Notes under the pieces: generated by a model
The model's input: only the letters and a program-made list of their open reading frames with translations
Databases searched by the model: none
What the model was told of the DNA's origin: nothing
Source of the DNA: Methanotrichaceae archaeon
Lineage (GTDB): Archaea; Halobacteriota; Methanosarcinia; Methanotrichales; Methanotrichaceae
Direction of reading: 5' to 3'
Length of the DNA stretch: 64,000 nucleotides
Assembly: GCA_963803145.1 (NCBI GenBank)
Contig: CAWDLW010000025.1
Coordinates: forward strand, 64,001-128,000
Shown: piece after piece, positions 18,719 through 29,240 of the stretch
Numbering within the stretch: the first letter of the stretch is position 1
How the letters are laid out: every line of letters starts with the position of its first letter
Translations under genes and position numbers: made by a program

Positions 18719-19219
18719 TTGGCGGGGATAATTCCCTTAGATGATCTCAGGCGCCTCCAAAAGAGCATGAACAGGCTCATGGAGGATTTGGGTCTGTCTG
18801 ACTGGGAATCCAGATATCTTGGAGAGATGCAGAGAATCCAGAAGAGAATGAATGATGTTATGGGAGAGATGGAGGTGCCGAAGGTGGAAGGCAACATAAT
18901 GATGCCCATGGCGGATGTTAAGGAAACAGACGATGCTATCGTAGTTACAATGGATCTGCCTGGCGTAGATAAAGGTGATGTAGATATATCTGTAACGGAT
19001 AATGAGCTACGTGTCGTTGCAGAGAAGAGTGCTGAATCGGAGACCTCTGATAAGGACTATCATAAGCGTGAGCGCACATACAATAGGTTTGAGCGTGTTG
19101 TTGCCCTGCCTGTAGCTGTCAAGGCGGATGAGGCAAAGGCAAGGCTTGAAAGTGGCGTGCTTGAGGTTACACTTCCCAAAGAGGTTACCACAACAAGAAA
19201 GAAGATAAATATAGATTAA
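18719..19219 (+). CDS. Small heat shock protein Hsp20
   Basis: Alpha-crystallin domain (DLPGV, A.L.SGVLEVTLPK) and C-terminal IxI motif. Confidence 0.93.
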   Translation: MAGIIPLDDLRRLQKSMNRLMEDLGLSDWESRYLGEMQRIQKRMNDVMGEMEVPKVEGNIMMPMADVKETDDAIVVTMDLPGVDKGDVDISVTDNELRVVAEKSAESETSDKDYHKRERTYNRFERVVALPVAVKADEAKARLESGVLEVTLPKEVTTTRKKINID

Positions 19220-19233
19220 TCTAAATAATATTT

Positions 19234-20439
19234 TTAGCGTTCTTTCTGGAGGAGGAGGTGGTGCAGTTTATCCCTCTTTGTCTCCAAATAATGCCTGTTT
19301 ATGCTGTTCGGCGGAATTTCAAGAGGGACACGCTCAACTATCTTCAGTCCGTAGCCCTCGAGGCCAATTATCTTTCTTGGATTATTCGTGAGAAGCCTCA
19401 TCTTCCTTATGCCCAGATCAACGAGGATCTGTGCTCCGATCCCATAATCCCTTAGGTCTGGAGGATAGCCGAGCTTCGTGTTTGCCTCAACTGTGTCAGA
19501 ACCCTGGTCCTGCAACGTATATGCACGCAGCTTATTTGCAAGGCCGATTCCCCTGCCCTCCTGGTGCATATACAGAAGCACACCGTTGCCGTTCTCACTA
19601 ATGAGCTGCAGAGCCTTGCTGAGCTGCTCGCCGCAATCACAGCGCTTGGATCGAAATACATCTCCGGTAAGGCATTCCGAGTGCACTCTGACAAGAGCAT
19701 TATCCGCAGTAGGATCACCTGCCACAAGTGCGATATGGCACATGCCATCAAGAACTGACTCATAGCCTATTGCTGTGAAATCACCATATTCTGTAGGCAT
19801 GCTGACCTCTGCAACCTTGGAAACGAGCTTTTCCCTCTTCATCCTAAACTTGATGAGGCTTTCTATTGTCATCATCTTGATGCCGTGCTTCTCTGCGAAA
19901 ACCTCGAGCTGGGGCAGCCTTGCCATAGTCCCGTCCTCGGCCATGATCTCGCAAATTACGCCGCTCGGATAAAGGCCGGCTAACCTGGCAAGATCCACGC
20001 AAGCCTCAGTATGTCCTGTTCGTCTCAGAACGCCGCCACTCTTTGCTTGAAGGGGAAACATGTGGCCAGGCACAGAAAGGTCTCGCCTAGTTGTTGCAGG
20101 ATCGATAAGAGCTCGCGCTGTGGTTGCCCTATCAAAGGCTGAAATTCCTGTGGTTGTATTATGCTTGGCATCAACCGATACAGTGAAGGCAGTGCCCATC
20201 GATTCTGTGTTGGTTGATGTCATAAGCGGAAGATCAAGCTCACGAAGGCGTTCAGCAGTCATAGGCATGCAGATAAGGCCGCAGCCATAGCGGGCCAAGA
20301 AGTTGATCGATTCTGGGGTGACCTTCTCGGCTGCCATCATAAGATCGCCCTCGTTCTCGCGGTTCTCGTCATCCAATATTATTATGAATCTGCCGCTTCT
20401 GACATCTTCAATGGCCTCTTCAATACTGCAAAATGGCAT
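19234..20439 (-). CDS. ribBA: Bifunctional DHBP synthase / GTP cyclohydrolase II
   Basis: [38 protein letters not shown] and TNNP.K motifs. ATG 20439 is preferred. Confidence 0.95.
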   Translation of the reverse strand: MPFCSIEEAIEDVRSGRFIIILDDENRENEGDLMMAAEKVTPESINFLARYGCGLICMPMTAERLRELDLPLMTSTNTESMGTAFTVSVDAKHNTTTGISAFDRATTARALIDPATTRRDLSVPGHMFPLQAKSGGVLRRTGHTEACVDLARLAGLYPSGVICEIMAEDGTMARLPQLEVFAEKHGIKMMTIESLIKFRMKREKLVSKVAEVSMPTEYGDFTAIGYESVLDGMCHIALVAGDPTADNALVRVHSECLTGDVFRSKRCDCGEQLSKALQLISENGNGVLLYMHQEGRGIGLANKLRAYTLQDQGSDTVEANTKLGYPPDLRDYGIGAQILVDLGIRKMRLLTNNPRKIIGLEGYGLKIVERVPLEIPPNSINRHYLETKRDKLHHLLLQKER

Positions 20440-20490
20440 ATAGAATCGTTGCCGTATCCTCGGATACTTAAACCTATCCAAAATCTATTC

Positions 20491-21510
20491 TCAAGCCCAA
20501 ACACCTGATATCTTCGTACCACACTTAGGGCATGAGCCATCAACCACTGAGTTCTTCATGACCCTGTATCCCAGGCGCTCAATAAGCATTTCTCCGCAAT
20601 TGGGGCATCTAGTGCTCTCGCTTTCGCCTGTAATGTTCCCTGCATAAACATATTTTAGGCCCGCCTCATGCCCTATTCTAATGCCCTTTCTCAGGACCTC
20701 TGGGCCTGTTCTAGGCACATCCTTTAGCTTATACATCGGATAGAATGCTGAAACATGCCACGGCATATCTGTGCTCACACTCGCCAAGAATTTCGCTATT
20801 CCTTGGAGCTGATCATCTGAATCATTGTATCCAGGTATAATTAGCGTCGTGACCTCAACCCAGACGCCGCTATCCCAGAACAGCTTTATGTTCTTCTCTA
20901 CGGGTTCAAGCCTCGCCCCACAGATACGCCTGTAAAACTGATCATCGCCCTTGAGGTCTATATTATTTGCATCCATTAGGGGAATGATCTTTTTTGCTGC
21001 CTCTTCTCCCGTATATCCGTTGCTTATGAAAACATTCTTCAGGCTCTTCTCCTTTGCGAGAGTTGCCACATCATAGGCGTACTCAAAGAACATTGTGGGC
21101 TCAGTATATGTATACGCAATAGATTGGCAGCTGTTGAATTCTGCCCGCGCTACAACCTCCTCAGGAGGGACATAATCGCCCATTATTTTGCCTGTCTCCT
21201 TCGGCAACTGGGAGATATCTGAATTCTGGCAGTGAAGGCATCTGAAGTTGCAGCCCATTGTAGCTATGGAATAGGCAAGGCTTCCCGGCAGAAAATGAAA
21301 GAACGGTTTCTTCTCTATAGGGTCCACATTTGCGGCTATGAGATTTCCATAGACAAGCGTCATGAGTTTGCCAACCTGGTTCTCCCGCACACCGCAAAGG
21401 CCACGGTTGCCTGGCTTTATGTGGCAGAACTGGTTGCAAAGAGTACACTCGACATCAGCGCCCTCAAGCTTATGCCAGAACTGTGCCTCTCTAGTGCTCT
21501 CTTTAACTAT
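20491..21510 (-). CDS. amrS: AmmeMemoRadiSam system radical SAM enzyme
   Basis: DPIEKKP.FHF.PG, CNFRCLHCQN, YTYTEP and C-terminal CxxC pairs. The in-frame N-terminal CTLCNQFC..CGVR lies upstream of the ORF-track start (21390); exact start uncertain. Confidence 0.88.
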   Translation of the reverse strand: MVKESTREAQFWHKLEGADVECTLCNQFCHIKPGNRGLCGVRENQVGKLMTLVYGNLIAANVDPIEKKPFFHFLPGSLAYSIATMGCNFRCLHCQNSDISQLPKETGKIMGDYVPPEEVVARAEFNSCQSIAYTYTEPTMFFEYAYDVATLAKEKSLKNVFISNGYTGEEAAKKIIPLMDANNIDLKGDDQFYRRICGARLEPVEKNIKLFWDSGVWVEVTTLIIPGYNDSDDQLQGIAKFLASVSTDMPWHVSAFYPMYKLKDVPRTGPEVLRKGIRIGHEAGLKYVYAGNITGESESTRCPNCGEMLIERLGYRVMKNSVVDGSCPKCGTKISGVWA

Positions 21511-21713
21511 AATATCACCACAAGAGTTTTACTATTCATATTATGATATTATGACATATAATGCTATTTCTTAACGAGGTTCCCATAAAACTAGATCTTA
21601 ATAAACGCTTTATATTTTGTACTTTCCTGGTCTGAGGTTTCCTTAGCCGTCGCTATGATTTATTGCGAAGGCGTGAAAATGTTTCAAAGACGCATAGAAA
21701 AAGAGAAAGGCTG

Positions 21714-21732
21714 TGGAGAGCTTTGCTCTCCA
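21714..21732 (-). terminator. 3' stem-loop plus U-tract after S-layer gene
   Basis: TGGAGAGC-TTT-GCTCTCCA, followed on the minus strand by CTTTCTCTTTTT. Confidence 0.6.
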
Positions 21733-21742
21733 GCATCCAAAT

Positions 21743-23983
21743 TTACTGTTTCCTTCCAAGGACGAGATATGCGACTGCCATCAAGCCAGTTATGGCGAAG
21801 ATGCTCTCGAATCCGGGAGCGGGCTTGGCTGGTGTTGTTGCATTGGCCGGCTTTGTTGCGTTGGTTGGTGTCACGTTCTGTACTGGTGCGGGTGTGACAT
21901 TCTCAGTTGGTGTGACATTCTGGGCAGGTGCTGTTACGTTGGTTGGCGCTGTGACATTGGTGGGTGCAACAGGTGTTACTGGTGCGGCACCAGCGATTGT
22001 AGCGGCCTTGTATATGTAGAACCTGAGTGGATTGGCTGCAGAGATGTTATCCTGATCTGCGGTCTGGATGTATACATTCTGCATCAGGACTGTGTTCTGG
22101 TTCTTGCTCAGAGTGACTGAGTTATCCTTGTTATCCATTGTGATGGTCTTTGTTGACGGGTCGACGTTCCTGATGGACATCTTGTCGTACTGCTGATCCG
22201 TCTGGACCGTCAGGGGTGTATCGGATATCTGGTACTCTCCATCGATAGTGGCGATGTTGGTGTCAGAGCCAAGGAAGGCGTTCTTGAAGTGAACAGCTAC
22301 CTGGATGATCTTAGCTGTTTGTCCAACTGTCGTCTTATAGTAGTATGTCCGATCGCCCATTCCAGCGTTGTCTATGGACGGCTGGATGACCTGATCGTCA
22401 ACTACCTGGCCGTTCTTGGTGAGCTCGACATATACCTTGTTGCCCTTGGTATCTATGGACTTGACAGCGAGCTGATAGCCCTCTTGCAGGACCAATGGGG
22501 TAGCAGATGTGATTGTTCTCTCTGTGTTATCATCCACAAGGACCTTGCTGATCTGGTTGTTTGTCATTAGGTTCCTGTTTGTGGATGTATCATACAGATA
22601 GGCTACCTTTGCGCCAGCATTTGTAACATCTGATGTTACAGTGGGCTCATAAGCGGCAAAGTACTTGTCAGCGAGGAATCCAATTACATCATAAGTGCCC
22701 CATGCCTTGAACTTGAACTTCGCGGCCTGAGCAGTTGTGTTGTAGATGATGCCTCTGTTGCCACTGGCATCAGCGGTACCGCTGAGGGTTGCACTGGACA
22801 TATCTCCGGCTACTTGGGATGGTATAACTGTTATCGTTTCAGTGCCTATGTTCTTGTTTATATCGTAGAAGAAGCCGGCGAATGTTGACGGGTTCCAAGT
22901 AAAGCTCTGGGCGGATAGGTCAGCGACTGTTCCCCTGATCTGATATGTGCCTGGCGCTGTGTACTTCTTATATATGTAGTACCTGAGCGGATTGTCGGCA
23001 GATATGTTATCCTGATCAGCGGTCTGGACGTATACGTTCTGCATTAGAACCGAGTTCTGGTTCTTGCTCAGAGTGATTGCGTTATCCTTGTTATCCATCG
23101 TGATGGTCATCGCAGATGGGTCGACGTTCCTGACGGACATCTTGTCATACTGCTGGTCTGTCTGGACCGTTGTGGGTGTATCAGATACCTGGAATTCTCC
23201 ATCGATAGTGGCGATGTTTGTGTCAGCGCCGCGGAAGGCATTCTTGAAGTGGGCAGCTATCTGGATGATCTTAGCTGTATTTCCAATTGTTGTCTTATAG
23301 TAGTATGTCTGATCGCCCATTCCAGCACCGGTTACGGACGGCTGAATAACCTTGTCGTCAACTACCTGGCCGTTCTTGGTGAGCTCGACATATACCTTGT
23401 TGCCATCTGTATCTATGGACTTGACAGCGAGCTGATAGCCCTCTTGCAGGACCAATGGGGTAGCAGATGTGATTGTCATCTGTGTGTTATCATCCACAAG
23501 GACCTTGCTGATCTGGTTGTTTGTCATTAGGTTCCTGTTTGTGGATGTGTCATACAGATAGGCTACCTTTGCGCCAGCATTTGTAACATCTGATGTTACA
23601 GTGGGCAGATAAGCGGCAAAGTACTTGTCAGCGAGGAATCCAATTACATCATAAGTGCCCCATGCCTTGAACTTGAACTTCGCGGCCTGAGCAGTTGTGG
23701 AGTAGACGATACCTCTATTGTTACTGGCATCCGTCTGATCGCTGAGGGTTGCAGAGGACATATCTGCACTTACCTGGGATGGTCTAAATGTTAGCGATTC
23801 ATTTCCTATGTTCTTGTTTATATCGTAGTAGAAGCCAGCGAAGGTTGATGGGTTCCAAGTAACTGTGCTCTCTCCGAGATTGTGAACAGTACTGCGAACA
23901 TCCACCTCCTGTGCTGCTACAGCCATCGCTGATGCGATTAAAACTATCATCGCGGTGAGCGTGATTGCAGTCATTCTCTTCAT
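21743..23983 (-). CDS. S-layer protein with two DUF1608 repeats and PGF-CTERM anchor
   Basis: Signal peptide; W....FAGFYYDINKN repeated twice; Pro/Thr linker with NxT sequons; PGF + TM + RKQ tail; GGAGG RBS. Confidence 0.93.
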   Translation of the reverse strand: MKRMTAITLTAMIVLIASAMAVAAQEVDVRSTVHNLGESTVTWNPSTFAGFYYDINKNIGNESLTFRPSQVSADMSSATLSDQTDASNNRGIVYSTTAQAAKFKFKAWGTYDVIGFLADKYFAAYLPTVTSDVTNAGAKVAYLYDTSTNRNLMTNNQISKVLVDDNTQMTITSATPLVLQEGYQLAVKSIDTDGNKVYVELTKNGQVVDDKVIQPSVTGAGMGDQTYYYKTTIGNTAKIIQIAAHFKNAFRGADTNIATIDGEFQVSDTPTTVQTDQQYDKMSVRNVDPSAMTITMDNKDNAITLSKNQNSVLMQNVYVQTADQDNISADNPLRYYIYKKYTAPGTYQIRGTVADLSAQSFTWNPSTFAGFFYDINKNIGTETITVIPSQVAGDMSSATLSGTADASGNRGIIYNTTAQAAKFKFKAWGTYDVIGFLADKYFAAYEPTVTSDVTNAGAKVAYLYDTSTNRNLMTNNQISKVLVDDNTERTITSATPLVLQEGYQLAVKSIDTKGNKVYVELTKNGQVVDDQVIQPSIDNAGMGDRTYYYKTTVGQTAKIIQVAVHFKNAFLGSDTNIATIDGEYQISDTPLTVQTDQQYDKMSIRNVDPSTKTITMDNKDNSVTLSKNQNTVLMQNVYIQTADQDNISAANPLRFYIYKAATIAGAAPVTPVAPTNVTAPTNVTAPAQNVTPTENVTPAPVQNVTPTNATKPANATTPAKPAPGFESIFAITGLMAVAYLVLGRKQ

Positions 23984-24578
23984 CTTTTAACCTCCTATTA
24001 TCCCTATTCGGAATACTTTTGCAGCATACAGTCTGATTACTCTTAAAACTATTGCTTGGCTAAAGTCTTCGATCGCCACGAACTAATTCTGGCACCCAAG
24101 TTCCTACATGGCTACCACTGCTTTGGCGTCTCTCAGACATGTATTAGCTACATCACCCTCCTAATCCCATAGGGGATTATAGGGTAGTGATAGGTTATTT
24201 CCCTATTATATCTTTTTTGGTCCTTCAATTGCGGTTTGCGACCACAGCTTCTGATATTCTGATCCCTAAGTCAGATGCGGGCCTTATACATGATAGGTCT
24301 GATCTTTAAATGCTATTTTTAATCGATATAATTCAACCGGGGCCTGAAAAAGGCGTATCTATAAAAAAGATAGCAATTAACTGCTATTACTGAGTATAAT
24401 GCATTGCTTTCCCATTTATCGGATTAATTTAGCTTATTGATGCACAAACCATCTCATCCTCCGAGGCTGAACAAGATGTTATAGAGTAATTGTACCCAGG
24501 CTATTTAAGCCGGAAACGGCAGCGAGCATCCCTTCTAAAGGAAAACTGTTTTACTTTGAAGCTTTATTTAATCTAAAT

Positions 24579-25595
24579 ATGACAGGGACAGGCATAGTCT
24601 ACCATCCCATTTATCTGGAACACGATACCGGTGGGCATCCGGAAAGAAAGGAGCGGCTCACTGCAGTACTCGAAAGGATCAAGCTAGAGAACTTAAAGGT
24701 CGAATATATCACGCCTGAGCCCGTCACTATTGATCAGATTGCTACAATTCACGGACGAAGATATATAGACCAAGTTAAGGCCATTTGCGAACATGGCGGA
24801 GGCTATTTGGATATGGACACCATACTCTCCAAGGGCTCCTATGATGCGGCACTAACCGCTGCTGGCGGGGCTATTGCAGCCGTAGACGCCGTGCTGAATG
24901 GTTTCGATAGTGCCTTTGCCTTAGTGAGGCCGCCGGGGCATCATGCAATGCCCAATCGCGGCATGGGTTTTTGCATCTTCAACAATGTGGCTATCGCGGC
25001 GAAGCATGCGCAGGCAAAAGGTCTCACGAAGATACTTATTGTGGACTCTGATGTACACCACGGCAATGGCACAAATGCCGTATTCTACTCAGATCCTTCA
25101 ATCTTATACTTCTCCACTCACCAATTCCCCCATTACCCCGGCACAGGACGAGCTACAGATGTAGGGTCGGATGGGGCCGAGGGGACAAAGGTAAATGTAC
25201 CTCTACCATCAGGCACTGGCGACGAAGGCTACGTTATGGTCTTCAAGGAGATCCTCGAGCCTATTGCTCTCGAATTCAAACCGGATATAATACTAGTATC
25301 TGCAGGCCATGACACTCATAAGGATGACCCGCTCGGAGGCATGAGAATGACGTCTGCAGGCTTCGGAGCAATAGCAAGCATAGTAAAGGGAATCGCAGAT
25401 GATTGTTGCCAGGGTAGGCTTGCCGCGACGCTTGAGGGCGGCTATAATTTGGCTGCACAGGCTGATGCGGTCGTTGCTGAGCTTAAAGCCTTTCAGGGAG
25501 CCTCTTACAGTATCCAGGGCACGGATGTTAAGGTAGTTCAGCGGATCGAAGAGATCAAGAAGATCCAAAGCCGATACTGGAAATGCTTCCGCTAA
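24579..25595 (+). CDS. Histone deacetylase-family (class II-like) Zn-dependent deacetylase
   Basis: [29 protein letters not shown] and LEGGY motifs. Confidence 0.94.
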   Translation: MTGTGIVYHPIYLEHDTGGHPERKERLTAVLERIKLENLKVEYITPEPVTIDQIATIHGRRYIDQVKAICEHGGGYLDMDTILSKGSYDAALTAAGGAIAAVDAVLNGFDSAFALVRPPGHHAMPNRGMGFCIFNNVAIAAKHAQAKGLTKILIVDSDVHHGNGTNAVFYSDPSILYFSTHQFPHYPGTGRATDVGSDGAEGTKVNVPLPSGTGDEGYVMVFKEILEPIALEFKPDIILVSAGHDTHKDDPLGGMRMTSAGFGAIASIVKGIADDCCQGRLAATLEGGYNLAAQADAVVAELKAFQGASYSIQGTDVKVVQRIEEIKKIQSRYWKCFR

Positions 25596-26908
25596 CAGAT
25601 TTTAGCTCTCTTTTCCAGGTAATCGCCTAGGAAAATCCTGAATGCCTTGTCCTTTATTTGAGCAAGTTCTTGGCCCATATATATTTTGTAGCCTTTTTTA
25701 ATCTCGGCAGATAAGTGCTTTCCAAGGGATATGCTCAAGATCTCAGTTTCGAGAAGATCTTTGGCCTGCGTATATTTTCTTGCCACATCAACAACAGCTC
25801 TGCCATTCTCAATATAGGGCCCTGAAAGAACATCGGGATGGGCTTCCAGGAATCTGCTAAGATTCTGCTCATCCCATACAGGCGGTCCAATCCGCCTGAT
25901 GACATTTGGCCTCTCCCATAAATCCAGCTCTAGAAGCATGCTTGCCCTTTTACTATAACTGCATACATCGCTACGCAGTACTGAAAACTCATTTCTTTCG
26001 AGGAGAGCTCTCACCGATTCCTCAGCCTTCCTGAGCTGAGGAAAAAGGATATCCTCGACCACGTGTGGAGCATCGAACTCTATAACGATGAAGCAGCTTT
26101 TTCTCTTCTGCATAGCATCTATCAAATGCTCATCAGACAGAGGCATCTGCCTTTCAGGGAAAAAGAAGTGGATATCAGGTGCATCTAGAAAGCAACGCGA
26201 TGTTGCTGTGAACTGAAGCATCTTATCCAGTGTCAATGCCGCTGCAACATTTCTCGCAGGATCAACGGGATCTACTACTATGAGTGGCTCATCGTGTTGC
26301 AACGTGGAATGCTTCTCTAGGTCTATGATCTCGCCAGGTCGCCATGATGAAGCCGCCTTGAGGGTACTTACAAAAGAGCCGTAACGAAGAATGAGCAGCT
26401 CGGCCAGATAACCTGAAAAGCCTCCAACCTTAAGCTCTGACCCATAGACTCCGATGCCCTTCATAAACTGCTTTAGTAGAAGGACCTCATCCTCAAGGCC
26501 GGCTATGCGGGATGATATATATTGTGTATGAAAGGGAGTGCGATCAACTGCCGATTTAATGCAAGTAGCACTCTCAATGAGATAGCAGGGGACTAAATCG
26601 ACATCAAAGCCTTCTATAGAAGCATGGACATAGGCATGCTCGGCATATTTCTCCTCGTGCTCAGGGGCGACAAGCCTGGCAAGCTCAAGGGCTCTATTTA
26701 GGTCCGATTCCCCGGTAACTGCGATAAATATGTCGAGATCGTGATCTCCAGCGAGCCAGGTGTTTCGAGCGGCAGACCCGACGAGGATAGCCTTACAATT
26801 TAATCCCAATGATTCTGATAGGCGATTTATACGGGATAATATGGATTCTGCTACCGATATCATCCGCTCGCGGTTTTCTGCCTTTGGCCTAACCCTATCG
26901 AGCACCAA
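25592..26908 (-). CDS. cca: Archaeal CCA-adding tRNA nucleotidyltransferase
   Basis: [27 protein letters not shown] and GGFSGY motifs. Confidence 0.95.
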   Translation of the reverse strand: MVLDRVRPKAENRERMISVAESILSRINRLSESLGLNCKAILVGSAARNTWLAGDHDLDIFIAVTGESDLNRALELARLVAPEHEEKYAEHAYVHASIEGFDVDLVPCYLIESATCIKSAVDRTPFHTQYISSRIAGLEDEVLLLKQFMKGIGVYGSELKVGGFSGYLAELLILRYGSFVSTLKAASSWRPGEIIDLEKHSTLQHDEPLIVVDPVDPARNVAAALTLDKMLQFTATSRCFLDAPDIHFFFPERQMPLSDEHLIDAMQKRKSCFIVIEFDAPHVVEDILFPQLRKAEESVRALLERNEFSVLRSDVCSYSKRASMLLELDLWERPNVIRRIGPPVWDEQNLSRFLEAHPDVLSGPYIENGRAVVDVARKYTQAKDLLETEILSISLGKHLSAEIKKGYKIYMGQELAQIKDKAFRIFLGDYLEKRAKIC

Positions 26909-26909
26909 C

Positions 26910-27464
26910 TCACTGATCTGAGAGTGGGAATTCTGCGAGATCTTCGTAGATCGGGCCTCCGCTAGTTATGGTGCTCTTCTTCAAGAGAAAGCGATCGACA
27001 TGGAAGCTTCCTAAATCGATATCCCCTATCTGCGATATCTTCCGGGAGATCTGTTTTGAAATCTCAGGGCTCGGACTTTTCACTCTGCCTAGCGTTACAT
27101 GCGGGCTGAAGCCACGTTTATCGCGTTCAAAGCCGAATGGGGCCAAAGCATTTTCTACAGCCTGATAAAGCTCCAGGAAATTTCCTTCGAGCCCGAGCCA
27201 TACTACCCTTATGGATCTTCCAGGGAAAGATCCCATGCCCTTCAGTGATGCATCGAATGGCGTAGATCTTATGCTTCCTAATGCTTCAGTAATTTCACCC
27301 AATCGCTCTTCAGGAACATTTCCAAGGAACTTCAGTGTGACATGTACAAGCTCAGGCCTGACGAGCCTCAGCCCTCCTATTGCGATCTCCCTCTGGATGC
27401 GTGCGATATCGTCGCGCATTCCGGCAGGGAGATCAACGGCAACAAAGCTTCTGATCGAAGTCAT
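26910..27464 (-). CDS. thpR: RNA 2',3'-cyclic phosphodiesterase (2H family)
   Basis: Two HVTL motifs, R.FVAV and GPIY. Confidence 0.93.
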   Translation of the reverse strand: MTSIRSFVAVDLPAGMRDDIARIQREIAIGGLRLVRPELVHVTLKFLGNVPEERLGEITEALGSIRSTPFDASLKGMGSFPGRSIRVVWLGLEGNFLELYQAVENALAPFGFERDKRGFSPHVTLGRVKSPSPEISKQISRKISQIGDIDLGSFHVDRFLLKKSTITSGGPIYEDLAEFPLSDQ

Positions 27465-29107
27465 CTAAGCACGCTGCCAATGCTCGCAGAGGTCACAGAA
27501 TTCCTGTATCTGGCAAGGATTCCAGTCTTTATCTTGGGTTCAGGAGGCAACCATTTATTCCTGCGCCGCCCAAGCTCCTCTGCGCCGACTTGTAGATCCA
27601 GCTTTCTTGCGGGAATATCTATGCTTATCATATCTCCTGGCTCTACAAGAGCTATAGGACCGCCGACTGCGGCCTCTGGTGAGACATGCCCTATACATGG
27701 CCCCCTCGTGCCTCCGCTGAACCTTCCGTCTGTTATAAGCGCAACAGATTCGCTTAGACCAGCGCCCGCAATAGCAGATGTGGGTGCAAGCGTTTCCCTC
27801 ATGCCTGGCCCACCCTTCGGCCCTTCATATCTTATTACCACAACATCTCCGGGCTTCACGCCTCCGCCGACGATGCCAGCCATCGATTCCTCTTCAGAAT
27901 CGTAGATTACTGCAGGTCCCGCGTGCTTAAGCATAGATTTTGATACCGCAGTCTGCTTCACCACGGCCCCTTCGGGCGCAAGGCTGCCATGCAGTATTGC
28001 TATTCCGCCTTCGGAGTGTACTGGTGAGTCCAGAGTAGCTATGACCTCAGCGTTCGCCAACGGATTTACGGGCTTGAAATCGGCCAGCTCTTCCCCGAGG
28101 GTACGACCTGTGACCGTGAGGGCATCCAAGTTCAGCCTGGACTTGAGTCTGTCAAGGACTGCAGGTATGCCTCCTGCCCTATCAAGGTCTATCATATGGT
28201 GCTGCCCGCCCGGCCTTAGGTTGACAAGGTGAGGCGTTTCTCGGCTTAGGCTATCGAACTTATCCAGGTCAAGGTTCAATCCGAACTCTGCAGCTATCGC
28301 AGGCATATGGAGCACTGTGTTCGTGGATCCTCCTATTGCCATGTCTACGCGAATAGCGTTTTCTATTGCCTTATCCGTGACGATTTGCCTTGCTGTGATG
28401 CCACGCTCGATAAGCTCCATAAGCTTCATTCCTGATTTTTTCGCAATACGTATCTTCCGTGCATCTACTGCGTGGGTTGTTGCACATCCTGGAAGGCTCA
28501 GGCCCATAGCCTCTATGAGACAGGCCATGGTATTTGCCGTGAAAAGGCCAGCACATGAGCCTGCGCCTGGGCAGGCCATCTCCTCTAAAGCTGCAAGCGA
28601 TTCGCCGCCAGATTGCCAGCTCTCAAAAACATTGATGAGGTCCAAATCCTTATCACAGGCGTGGCCTGGAAGCATCGGCCCTCCTGTCACGACTATTGTT
28701 GGAAGATTCAGTCTGCCGGCGGCCATTACATGACCGGGCGCAATCTTATCGCACGATGGTATCATCACAAGGCCATCCAGCTGGTGGGCTTCGACCATTA
28801 TTTCTATTGAGTCTTCGATAAGCTCACGGCTTGGCAAAGAATACCTCATTCCACGATGTCCCATCGCTATTCCATCGCAGACTCCTATAGTCTGGAACTC
28901 GAAAGGAACTCCGCCGGCTGAACGCACCCCTGCCTTCGCTGCCTGGCCGATCTTATCTAGATGTATATGTCCGGGTATGAACTCATTCCATGAGTTTACT
29001 ATGCCTATAAAGGGACGTTCTATCTCCTCATCCGTAAGGCCGGTAGCCTTGAATAGAGCCCTGTGAGGCGCGCGCTCTGCCCCGACCTTGGTTATGTCAC
29101 TTCTCAT
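27461..29107 (-). CDS. ilvD: Dihydroxy-acid dehydratase
   Basis: [28 protein letters not shown] and TDGRFSG motifs. Confidence 0.97.
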   Translation of the reverse strand: MRSDITKVGAERAPHRALFKATGLTDEEIERPFIGIVNSWNEFIPGHIHLDKIGQAAKAGVRSAGGVPFEFQTIGVCDGIAMGHRGMRYSLPSRELIEDSIEIMVEAHQLDGLVMIPSCDKIAPGHVMAAGRLNLPTIVVTGGPMLPGHACDKDLDLINVFESWQSGGESLAALEEMACPGAGSCAGLFTANTMACLIEAMGLSLPGCATTHAVDARKIRIAKKSGMKLMELIERGITARQIVTDKAIENAIRVDMAIGGSTNTVLHMPAIAAEFGLNLDLDKFDSLSRETPHLVNLRPGGQHHMIDLDRAGGIPAVLDRLKSRLNLDALTVTGRTLGEELADFKPVNPLANAEVIATLDSPVHSEGGIAILHGSLAPEGAVVKQTAVSKSMLKHAGPAVIYDSEEESMAGIVGGGVKPGDVVVIRYEGPKGGPGMRETLAPTSAIAGAGLSESVALITDGRFSGGTRGPCIGHVSPEAAVGGPIALVEPGDMISIDIPARKLDLQVGAEELGRRRNKWLPPEPKIKTGILARYRNSVTSASIGSVLR

Positions 29108-29240
29108 CAAACAACCTCTGTATTAAATTAATCAACCGAATTTGAGGCTCAAGAAACTTGAGCTGAATAGTCTTTCCTCCGGAAAACTGTCGTCCTACAT
29201 ATTAAATATACCCAGATCTTATGCTTCCCCTCGTGATCGA

